A DNA stretch of 20,000 nt from an uncultured virus (IMG/VR IMGVR_UViG_3300045256_000415) (taxonomy: Duplodnaviria > Heunggongvirae > Uroviricota > Caudoviricetes): IMG/VR virus record IMGVR_UViG_3300045256_000415; one strand, written 5' to 3'. A program made the translations under genes and the position numbers. Below are positions 1 through 6,915 of this stretch, piece after piece (within the stretch, counting starts at the first letter, position 1; every line of letters begins with the position of its first letter). The notes below the pieces were generated by a model. The model made no database searches. It was not told the origin of the DNA and was given only the letters and a program-made list of their open reading frames with translations.

Positions 1-1
1 C

Positions 2-331
2 TTAATTGCTGCTCGTGGTCAGTATGTGGTATTCTGGGATGATGACAACATCTACTACCCACATGCCGCCGCCAGTCTGTTCTGCACTGCTGTCGGTCAC
101 GACGTGGGGATCGTGAGAGTGCGGCATCAGGGGCTCGTCATCCCCTCCGGACCGCACGTGAAACCGGGCGATATCGATTCAATGTGCTTCTGCGTCAGAA
201 AGGACTTGGCGGTTCAGGTGAAATGGACGGACGGGCAGGGCCGATACAACGACTTCCGGTGGATAACTCGACTGTTGGCCCTGTCTGAACGAATGAATCG
301 CTCTCCGGTGATTGTCGGAGAACACCTATAG
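2..331 (+). CDS. Glycosyltransferase family 2-like protein, 5'-truncated by the window edge
   Basis: Frame is open from position 2: LIAARGQYVVFWDDDNIYYPH matches the GT-A 'A.G.Y+.F+DxDD' motif; downstream IDSMCFCVR and YNDFRWI fit the GT2 C-terminal motifs. Confidence 0.8.
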   Translation, partial: LIAARGQYVVFWDDDNIYYPHAAASLFCTAVGHDVGIVRVRHQGLVIPSGPHVKPGDIDSMCFCVRKDLAVQVKWTDGQGRYNDFRWITRLLALSERMNRSPVIVGEHL

Positions 332-559
332 ACCGTCCGGAATGTACTCCTTGAAATCGCACTTGTGGTTGGGATCACCCCACTTCTTGCAGACCAAGTC
401 CCAGGAGTCACCCAGATCCCCGCGATAAATCTCCACGATGATCCGACCCTTCCCGCACTTTGGGCACTTGTCGTAGTCCGGCCCCTCGGAAAATCGCTTC
501 ATCTTCTCCCACTCCGTGGCGGGCAACTCGTCCAGGTGCGGGGTTGGCCCGGCGAACAT
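326..559 (-). CDS. Small zinc-ribbon protein
   Basis: CPKCGKG...C...C pattern resembling topoisomerase-type C4 zinc ribbons; ATG start; convergent overlap with the GT gene. Confidence 0.6.
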   Translation of the reverse strand: MFAGPTPHLDELPATEWEKMKRFSEGPDYDKCPKCGKGRIIVEIYRGDLGDSWDLVCKKWGDPNHKCDFKEYIPDGL

Positions 560-598
560 GCCGTAGCTATTCTCACCGTCACCTTTATGCCCAGCGGC

Positions 599-1819
599 TT
601 AAACGGTGAGTCCGTTGAACTCATCGCTGTCCCCTGGCTGGCGATGGGCAGACGTGTCGATGTTTAGGGCCGCGACATCCTTCTCCCACTTCTCCAGATA
701 CCGCTTCTTGACCGCGTGCGTGTATCCGGTAGTGCCGGCCCTTAGCTCCGGCGGCACCCGGACTTCGACATTGTTCTCAATATCGTCCATGATTTTCTTG
801 ATGGCAGTATACCCAGCCTTGTTCCGTTTGCTCTTGCCCATCTCGGCGGTAGCTACCGCCATTGGGATCATACACTCTGGCAGGCCAGTCTTCTCGGTAG
901 TGTAGCACGCGGCCATCGCCGCGAGCCACGCAAACGGGTTGCCGGAGCAGTCCTCGAAAGCGGTAATAAGCATCCGCCGACAGATGTAGGCAGGGTCCTC
1001 GCCAGACACGACCCACTTACCCAACCAGTATAGAGCACCATCGGTGTCAGAATTCTGGATGGCTTCCTGGTAAGCGTGGGCCAGATCGAAATGCTCGTTC
1101 CCGCTGGCGTCAAAGACTATGTGCTTGTCCGGGATCGCCTGATTCACATGTTCCACAGTGATGTGCTTGTCATCCGACAGGATTTCAATGCACGTCTCCA
1201 TGGTGGTGATAGCCTTACGAGCATCACCACTGCAGCGGGTGATGAGAAGCTTGGCGGCTTCGGGGTCAATGACAACCTTATCGCCCTTAGCCTTATAGTG
1301 GGTCTTCACCCGCTTGATAAGGACAATCATCTCCTGAGGGCTGAGGGGCTTCGTCTCCAGGACGATGCACCGCGACAGGATCGTGGAATTGACCGCAAAC
1401 TTGGGTTTCTCAGTGGTGGCACCAAATAGGACAATGGTGCCGTCTTCGACGACGGGGAGCAGCACATCCTGCTGGGATTTCGAAAAGCGGTGGATTTCGT
1501 CTACGAAGACGAAGGTGTTTTTGGCCGCTTTCTGAGCAGCGGCGATGATTTTGCGGAGTTCTTCGACTTTAGCGTTGGTGGCATTGACGGCCACAAAGAT
1601 GGCATCCACTTCCTTGGATAGTGCCCGGACCAGCGTGGTTTTGCCGGTTCCGGGCGGTCCCCAGATGATGGTGCTTTGAACCCGCTTCTTGTTTGCCATG
1701 CGGCGGAGTGGTTGTCCGTCGCCGACCAAGTGTGCTTGGCCGACGACTTCATCAAGACTCTGTGGCCGGAGTTGAGCCGCTAGCGGCGTTGTCCTCGCTG
1801 GCGGGTCGATTGTTGGCAT
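599..1819 (-). CDS. rarA: Replication-associated recombination protein A (RarA/MgsA AAA+ ATPase)
   Basis: PLAAQLRPQSLDEVVGQ, Walker A WGPPGTGKTT, Walker B FVDEIHRFSKSQQD, GATTE, GDAR and GEDP..I.RR motifs. Start taken at MPTIDPP (1819); C-terminus appears shorter than in cellular RarA. Confidence 0.93.
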   Translation of the reverse strand: MPTIDPPARTTPLAAQLRPQSLDEVVGQAHLVGDGQPLRRMANKKRVQSTIIWGPPGTGKTTLVRALSKEVDAIFVAVNATNAKVEELRKIIAAAQKAAKNTFVFVDEIHRFSKSQQDVLLPVVEDGTIVLFGATTEKPKFAVNSTILSRCIVLETKPLSPQEMIVLIKRVKTHYKAKGDKVVIDPEAAKLLITRCSGDARKAITTMETCIEILSDDKHITVEHVNQAIPDKHIVFDASGNEHFDLAHAYQEAIQNSDTDGALYWLGKWVVSGEDPAYICRRMLITAFEDCSGNPFAWLAAMAACYTTEKTGLPECMIPMAVATAEMGKSKRNKAGYTAIKKIMDDIENNVEVRVPPELRAGTTGYTHAVKKRYLEKWEKDVAALNIDTSAHRQPGDSDEFNGLTV

Positions 1820-2075
1820 TATCAGGCCCATGTAGCACGTAGGGAGCAGCGATATCGAGGAAGGCTTCGACCTTATCCAAGTCCAGAGGGTGAGCCAGAG
1901 TGTCGTTAATCCACTCAACCGGCGGGTAGCGATTGTCTTGGCCCGCCTTGGTGGACGACAGGAGTACACCCCATTTGACGAAGGGGTGGAACTGTTGGAT
2001 TGGCTGCAACCGCATTCGGTTGGTGAACTGGTCGATACCGGTGATCGTGACTTTGCGGATCGGTTCATGTACCAC
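1752..2075 (-). pseudogene. Internally deleted remnant of a phage TrpF/PRAI-like TIM-barrel protein
   Basis: N-terminal motifs KVTITGID...PFVKWGVLLS...RYP..EWI are joined directly to the C-terminal motif LDLDKVEAFLDIAAPYV. The middle of the family (including the GYAGG and WIDMES motifs as I recall them) is absent. Confidence 0.6.
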
Positions 2076-2481
2076 TCAATACGGTCCAGCTAGTCTCATC
2101 AGGGTGGCGAATCGCCAAATGGTCGATCCTATCGATCTTGAGGATCACCCGCCGGACCACAGGATCGGTGTCCTCCGGAACGATTGTGGCAACCGCAGCC
2201 GCCCTGACAACCCGATGACCTTCTTTGAGGAGAGAGGCGAAGTGAGGGCAGTATACGACGATTTGAGCTTTGAACCAGCCGTCGTCATAGCTCCATGCTA
2301 TGACCTCCCCGACGACAGGGTTGTTCTCTTCATCTACTACGAAGCCGCCGTCTTCTCCCGCTTTGCAGTAGGCCGGGTAGACCTTGCATAGCGGGAGTTC
2401 GGCGGCGGCTTTGAGGGCTGCTTCGGGGTAGACGTTGTTGTTGAGGGAGGGCGTATCAGCCTTGATTACTTCCACCCACAT
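2065..2481 (-). CDS. Hypothetical protein with prohead-protease-like N-terminus
   Basis: KADTPSLNNNVYPEAAL resembles the ADxxNxNGRxYP motif of T4 gp21-like proteases; RBS AAGGAG upstream. Confidence 0.55.
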   Translation of the reverse strand: MWVEVIKADTPSLNNNVYPEAALKAAAELPLCKVYPAYCKAGEDGGFVVDEENNPVVGEVIAWSYDDGWFKAQIVVYCPHFASLLKEGHRVVRAAAVATIVPEDTDPVVRRVILKIDRIDHLAIRHPDETSWTVLSGT

Positions 2482-2513
2482 GGCCGGCTCCTTTGCCAGT
2501 GCAGACTATCTAC

Positions 2514-3119
2514 CTAGACGCTGGCGAGGATGCTCTGGACCGTCTGTTCTGAAATCCCCTGCTGCTCCATGATCTCGCCAATGCGGTCACTGTTCAGGAG
2601 GGTGGCCTGCTTCCACACACCGACGAAATGTTCGAACAACCGCATGCTGCTCATTTTGTCCAGTTCCACCGTCACGTCAGCCCAGGACGAATCGGTCAAA
2701 TTCCGACCGCCGGCCACGCCGCGGATTTCGCCGCCGGGGTAGGTGAAGAGGGCACACTTGATGTGGGAACCGCTAGAGATTCGCCACTTGAACTCAGGGA
2801 ATTTCTCGGCGTGGTTGATGTGCCGGACGAGGCCCAGGACGTACTGCTTTTCGCAGTCCACGCAGGCGGTCTTTTTCCCCTTGCAGGACTTGTGCTCATA
2901 GTTGCCAACGAGGATACGGACGTCTTTGAGGCTCCGCATCCGTTCCAGGAATTCACGGGTTTCGGAGCGGTACTTCTCGCCCCATTCGCGAGAGTCGCCG
3001 CCGTCGGGCTGGATGCCGGCGTAGAGGTTGTGGGTGGCGATGAGCACCTTTTCCGGCTTCTCGTCTACGCACTCGTTGAGGAACTTGAAGTGGTCGTCGT
3101 TGGTTAGGAGCAGTCGCAT
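2514..3119 (-). CDS. Phospholipase D-like (HxK) domain protein, possible nuclease
   Basis: SHIKCALF...GGRNLT corresponds to the HxK...GSxN motif; GGAGG lies upstream of the ATG at 3119. Confidence 0.65.
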   Translation of the reverse strand: MRLLLTNDDHFKFLNECVDEKPEKVLIATHNLYAGIQPDGGDSREWGEKYRSETREFLERMRSLKDVRILVGNYEHKSCKGKKTACVDCEKQYVLGLVRHINHAEKFPEFKWRISSGSHIKCALFTYPGGEIRGVAGGRNLTDSSWADVTVELDKMSSMRLFEHFVGVWKQATLLNSDRIGEIMEQQGISEQTVQSILASV

Positions 3120-3149
3120 GGAGCCTCCGGAATGGTACGAGGCCCTCCT

Positions 3150-3196
3150 AAAATACAGCAACGGGCGAGGGTCCCGTATCCCTCGCCCGTTGCCGC
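3150..3196 (-). terminator. Probable intrinsic terminator hairpin
   Basis: Perfect 14-bp inverted repeat GCAACGGGCGAGGG (3158-3171) / CCCTCGCCCGTTGC (3180-3193), extended by G-U pairs on the minus strand and followed by ATTTT. Confidence 0.55.
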
Positions 3197-3285
3197 CGCA
3201 ACCCCAGCGTCGTGCTGAGTGTCTCTACCGTACTTTTTAATACGTTTGCAACGTTTCGAAAGTTCGGGTGTTACTTTCCGAACCA

Positions 3286-3756
3286 CTAAACGCCGTTTTC
3301 GGCTTTCTCCGGTTTCTTAGCCAAGTGGGTCCGCTTCTTCGCCCCCTTCTTGACAACGAAGTCGTTGACGTTGCCGATTTCGTACCAGTGTTCCAAGGCG
3401 ATCCATAGCCCCTCTTCGCCCTGAAACAGACCTTTCCGCTTGAGAACGGTGAAGTTGTTGGGGATCTTGACCTCGCCCATCTTGATGACCACCGGGATCA
3501 CCAAGCACAGAACCCGCCCACAGCCCATCCGGTAGAAGATGGTAACGTAGGGCTTCTTACTAGCCCGAATCTCGTCAAACGAGATGAACAGACCAGGAAC
3601 CTCCCAATCATGGGCACTCTCGTACGTGCTGCGACAATCCTTGACGATGTAGGTAGTCCAGCCGTTGTAACCGTGGTAGAGGGCGGTGGTGGTGCCGGCG
3701 TGCTTAACATCCTTGGCGAAGTGGTCCATCAGAATTATTGCATCATCACGCTTCAT
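3286..3756 (-). CDS. Hypothetical protein
   Basis: Gene-like codon usage from MKRDDAIILM; basic C-terminus; start uncertain. Confidence 0.6.
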   Translation of the reverse strand: MKRDDAIILMDHFAKDVKHAGTTTALYHGYNGWTTYIVKDCRSTYESAHDWEVPGLFISFDEIRASKKPYVTIFYRMGCGRVLCLVIPVVIKMGEVKIPNNFTVLKRKGLFQGEEGLWIALEHWYEIGNVNDFVVKKGAKKRTHLAKKPEKAENGV

Positions 3757-3799
3757 ACAGCTTTTCCGTGTTGGGTGATGTCCTACCATCCAAACACGG

Positions 3800-4300
3800 T
3801 CAGCGACCGAAGATTGATTCCTGATCCTCGTTATCATCCCAGATGGAAGAACCCGGTGGATCGGGTTCAGTAGCAGGCTTGCCCTGTCCGATGCGGCCAA
3901 TCATGGTGGTGAGATTTTGGAAGGTCCGATCGAGCTTTCTGTCGATGGCCGATACCGCTCCGGCCGTCCGGTGAGCGATCTTCTCGGCGTTCTCGGACTG
4001 TTTCAGGGCGAGGTCGATTTTCTGATCGACGCTCAATGCCCCGATCTTCGCGGCTTTGGCCTGCTCCCGCATCTTCTCGACTTCCTGCCACTGTTGCACT
4101 GTCCCTATATGGTTGTTGCCGCCACCTGGGGCAGGACCATGGTAGGTGGCAGTGACTCCAGCCGGGTCATTGGGGGTGGCGGCGACTGCTTGGCTTGGTG
4201 GCAGGGAGTTGTTGAAACTGCCCGTATCGGAGCCGTTCGACTGCGGGGGTACGGTACCACTTTCAAGCACCGTATCGAGCATCTTTGTGAACAGCCCCAT
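3800..4300 (-). CDS. Hypothetical protein with low-complexity N-terminus and central coiled coil
   Basis: 166-aa ATG ORF with P/G/N-rich N-terminus and heptad-like middle region. Confidence 0.7.
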   Translation of the reverse strand: MGLFTKMLDTVLESGTVPPQSNGSDTGSFNNSLPPSQAVAATPNDPAGVTATYHGPAPGGGNNHIGTVQQWQEVEKMREQAKAAKIGALSVDQKIDLALKQSENAEKIAHRTAGAVSAIDRKLDRTFQNLTTMIGRIGQGKPATEPDPPGSSIWDDNEDQESIFGR

Positions 4301-4354
4301 AGTAGCCGCCTGTGTTGTGATTTCCTTACCTACCCTTTATCTTTGGAGGGACAG

Positions 4355-4574
4355 ATGCTTCCAGTAATTGGTAACGACAGCGAAGACATCTACATCACCG
4401 GAGACACCCACTTCGACCACGGGAACATAATTAGATAACGCGGCAGAGATCCTAGGTGAGCACCGGCCGTTCACCCTCAAGGAGGTCGTGAGCCTCCTCA
4501 AGGACAAGCCGGGTTTCGGGCTCAATCCGAACGTGCCCCTCTTCTACAAGGGGCCATCGGAACACAACCACTAA
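4355..4574 (+). pseudogene. Calcineurin-like metallophosphoesterase with most of its interior deleted
   Basis: GGAGG RBS then MLPVIGNDSEDIYITGDTHFDHGNIIR* (motif I DxH). The +1 frame from 4434 reads DNAAEILGEHRPFTLKEVVSLL...*, resembling the C-terminal GVD...RP motif of this phage family. Confidence 0.75.
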
Positions 4575-4798
4575 GCTCTAGTATTGGGCCGAGCAACGGG
4601 AACCTCCTGTTGCCCGGCGAATTGGTTAGCGATATGAATCAGACGTCGAATCAGGATGGGCTTCGCCAGATGAAGGACTTCCTGGCCTTCCATTTCTCCC
4701 ACATATCCTAGTATCTCCCCCGTCTGGGTGTCGATCAGCTTATAGACACTACTACCCAGACCGCTGATGCCGGTCGTCGGTTCCATCTTAAAACGCAT
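4571..4798 (-). CDS. Small hypothetical protein
   Basis: MRFKMEPTTGISG...; start uncertain (4798 or 4786). The longer ORF call runs into the structured region upstream of the tRNA. Confidence 0.5.
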   Translation of the reverse strand: MRFKMEPTTGISGLGSSVYKLIDTQTGEILGYVGEMEGQEVLHLAKPILIRRLIHIANQFAGQQEVPVARPNTRA

Positions 4799-4848
4799 AC
4801 TACACCGTGGGTTCCGCCTTCGGGTCGCGAATCCAGAGAACAACACAA

Positions 4849-4920
4849 CTGGCGTGTCCTCCGTGGAGGAGGGCCAGTCTTATGAGCTGGTATTGCGGGG
4901 TTCGATTCCCCGACGCCCGA
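4849..4920 (+). tRNA. tRNA-Ile(UAU), atypical, no encoded CCA
   Basis: Cloverleaf: acceptor CTGGCGT/ACGCCCG (one mismatch), D stem CCTC/GAGG, anticodon stem CCAGT/GCTGG with loop CT-TAT-GA, T arm CGGGG-TTCGATT-CCCCG, discriminator A; 72 nt. Confidence 0.75.
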
Positions 4921-4939
4921 TTTACTTTCGAACGCCAAC

Positions 4940-4968
4940 TTGACACAAACACTGGCGTGTTCTAGATT
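4940..4968 (+). promoter_or_regulatory. Sigma70-type promoter
   Basis: TTGACA (4940-4945), 17-nt spacer, TAGATT (4963-4968), upstream of the plus-strand gene run starting at 5004. Confidence 0.65.
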
Positions 4969-5003
4969 TGGATGTCCCGTCCGGATCTAACCCTGAGAAA
5001 AAT

Positions 5004-5258
5004 ATGACAGCCATCTGTGCATGGTGCAAAAAGCATCTGGGCGAGAAGGAACCGCTCGAAGTCCGAACCGAAACCCACGGCATCTGCGAGGCGTGTTTCG
5101 CCGAAATGGCGGAGCGAGTGCGACATGATGAAACACCATACTTGGCAGAAGAAACTCTTGGAGAGCCCCAAGCATGGGGAACCGGGTTCCAAGAGGAAGA
5201 AACCACAGTCCACCACGGAGGAGCGGCGAATCGAACGGAAAAGGCAACGGCGAGCTAG
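5004..5258 (+). CDS. Small zinc-binding protein (CAWC...HGICxxC)
   Basis: MTAICAWCKK...THGICEAC motif pair, common in small phage and bacterial proteins. Confidence 0.65.
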   Translation: MTAICAWCKKHLGEKEPLEVRTETHGICEACFAEMAERVRHDETPYLAEETLGEPQAWGTGFQEEETTVHHGGAANRTEKATAS

Positions 5259-5292
5259 AAAAGTAGCCCAGCAGGCCAAGAAAAAGAAGTAG
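5125..5292 (+). CDS. Small highly basic protein
   Basis: GGAG upstream of ATGATG at 5125; K/R-rich 55 aa; overlaps the previous ORF in another frame. Confidence 0.45.
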   Translation: MMKHHTWQKKLLESPKHGEPGSKRKKPQSTTEERRIERKRQRRARKVAQQAKKKK

Positions 5293-5306
5293 CGTATTTG
5301 AGCAGG

Positions 5307-5471
5307 ATGCTCAGCAACACCAAGCCAGAGGACCTAGTGGCCTGGATCATCGAGAAGGATATCAAGGTACTGAATGTGGCCGGGAACTCCGAGAAGTTTG
5401 CTCCCGGTATTGGAGAATTCGTGCGACTATTCCTACTCGAAACAATCGAGCAGCTAAATGCCAGGGCGTAA
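5307..5471 (+). pseudogene. C-terminal fragment of a SLOG / putative molybdenum-carrier family protein
   Basis: My translation: MLSNTKPEDLVAWIIEKDIKVLNVAGNSEKFAPGIGEFVRLFL...; the W....IKVLNVAG..E...PGI motif is the family C-terminus; the N-terminal SGGQTGAD motif is absent. Confidence 0.6.
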
Positions 5472-5706
5472 GCTAGTCAAAATCCGCGGCCAGAAGTTCA
5501 AGATGAAGAGTCGGCCGGGGAAGTCGTACCGCAGTTATCACCTGTCAGTGCCACCGGATATCGCCAAGAAGATCCCGGAGGCCATGCGGTTCACCGTCGA
5601 ACTCACCAACGACGGCATCCTGTTCAGGCCGCACAAGGAACCGGACCCGGTTCCACCCCCTCAACCGGCATGGTTAACCGACGCCTCCCGTCCTGCCACA
5701 GGCTGA
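5458..5706 (+). CDS. AbrB/SpoVT-like DNA-binding protein
   Basis: SYHLSVPPDIAKKI...FTVELTNDGILFRP fits the swapped-hairpin pattern. Confidence 0.55.
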   Translation: MPGRKLVKIRGQKFKMKSRPGKSYRSYHLSVPPDIAKKIPEAMRFTVELTNDGILFRPHKEPDPVPPPQPAWLTDASRPATG

Positions 5707-5757
5707 CAGCAAAACTAGGCTGGGTGGGTAAAACCTCACACAACCAGCCAGGTAGCT

Positions 5758-6288
5758 ATGGAAACTAAGAATTGCATGGACTGCGGTGAGCCTAAGCCAT
5801 TACAGAATTTCGAGAGCATCGGGTGGCGTAAGGGCGTGCACCGCCGCAGGGCCGCGTGCCGTTCTTGTATGAAAGAACGACGAGCGAAAGAGGTCAAGTG
5901 CAGCCAGTGTGGGCGACCGAATGACTCCGACGGGAAGACTTGTTCGCATTGTCGGACCCGCCACAAAGAGCGGGCCTTGGCCGATCGACAAGCCGTATTC
6001 CAGCATTATGGACACCAATGCTCGTACTGTGGGTTGGCTGACGAGATGTTTCTCACAGTCGATCATGTTCACAACGACGGAGCCACCCACCGACGGGAGA
6101 TCGGCAGGCAGAGTGGATCGCGGTTATGCCGATGGTTAAAAGCACGCCGCTTTCCGCCAGGATTCCAAACATTGTGCTTCAACTGCAACTGTGCTAAAGC
6201 GATCTACGGCGAAGAGGTTGTGAAAGAGAAATGGAAACTATTACGTTTACCAAAGTCAAGCTCCAATGGGGATTCTTCTCCAACATGA
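5758..6288 (+). CDS. Free-standing HNH endonuclease with N-terminal Cys-rich zinc motifs
   Basis: Several CxxC pairs; CSYCG...LTVDHVHNDG...FQTLCFNCN is the HNH core. Confidence 0.8.
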   Translation: METKNCMDCGEPKPLQNFESIGWRKGVHRRRAACRSCMKERRAKEVKCSQCGRPNDSDGKTCSHCRTRHKERALADRQAVFQHYGHQCSYCGLADEMFLTVDHVHNDGATHRREIGRQSGSRLCRWLKARRFPPGFQTLCFNCNCAKAIYGEEVVKEKWKLLRLPKSSSNGDSSPT

Positions 6289-6737
6289 GCCCACACCCTG
6301 TCACCTACGAGGGACAGGTGTGGCGGACCACCGAAGCCCTGTTCCAGGCTCTCCGGTTCCCGAAGAACCCAACCATCCAGGAAGCCATCCGGCGTGAGAA
6401 ATCGCCGATGACCGCCAAGATGGTGGCCAAGCGGGAGCGGAAGGAACGGACCATCGAGCCCGGCTCCGACCAGGACCTCGCCAACATGCGGCTGGTCCTG
6501 CGGCTCAAAATCGACCAGCACCCGTCTCTCCGGAAAGCCCTCCTGGAGACGGGTGAGGCTACCATAATCGAGGACTGTTCCAGTCGGCGTGCCTCCATCT
6601 GGGGTGCACGTTTTGTGGCTGGCGGGTGGGAGGGCGACAACCTGCTCGGAAAGCTGTGGGTAGAGTTGCGAGAGCAGCTTAAGGACCATGACCGCCAACG
6701 ACATCTTGCAGGAGCTACTGGCGGAACTCCCGCCTAA
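6231..6737 (+). CDS. NADAR (YbiA-like) family protein
   Basis: WGFFSNMSPHPV...W.TTEALFQA.RF...LKIDQH..L...LLETG.A.IIE...WG...GDNLLGKLWVELRE motifs. Confidence 0.9.
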   Translation: METITFTKVKLQWGFFSNMSPHPVTYEGQVWRTTEALFQALRFPKNPTIQEAIRREKSPMTAKMVAKRERKERTIEPGSDQDLANMRLVLRLKIDQHPSLRKALLETGEATIIEDCSSRRASIWGARFVAGGWEGDNLLGKLWVELREQLKDHDRQRHLAGATGGTPA

Positions 6738-6915
6738 ACCAACCTGCCTACAGATCGAAGCCTACCTCGACCAGACGTTCTTCCGTCTCCGATCTTACGT
6801 AGGTCCCATGGAACGGGAACGGCGGTCGGAGATCACAGTCGATCTGCAGGAGCCAGACAGCTTGACTAAAGCCAAGGAATGGTTGGAAGGTCTGATCGCC
6901 GAACTGATCTACTAA
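6688..6915 (+). CDS. Small hypothetical protein (L-x-[DE]-P-x-S family)
   Basis: AAGGA RBS and ATG start; contains VDLQEPDSL. Confidence 0.6.
   Translation: MTANDILQELLAELPPKPTCLQIEAYLDQTFFRLRSYVGPMERERRSEITVDLQEPDSLTKAKEWLEGLIAELIY

Noticed and set aside
1820..2068. N-terminal extension of RarA in the 489-aa ORF call
   Set aside because: Ser-rich non-homologous sequence overlapping the TrpF-like remnant in another frame.
3104..3286. 60-aa minus-strand ORF
   Set aside because: It runs through the terminator-like hairpin and overlaps the next gene's start; no motif.
3917..4354. 5' part of the 173-aa plus-strand ORF
   Set aside because: Antisense shadow of the 3800-4300 gene; only the part from ATG 4355 has an RBS and a motif.
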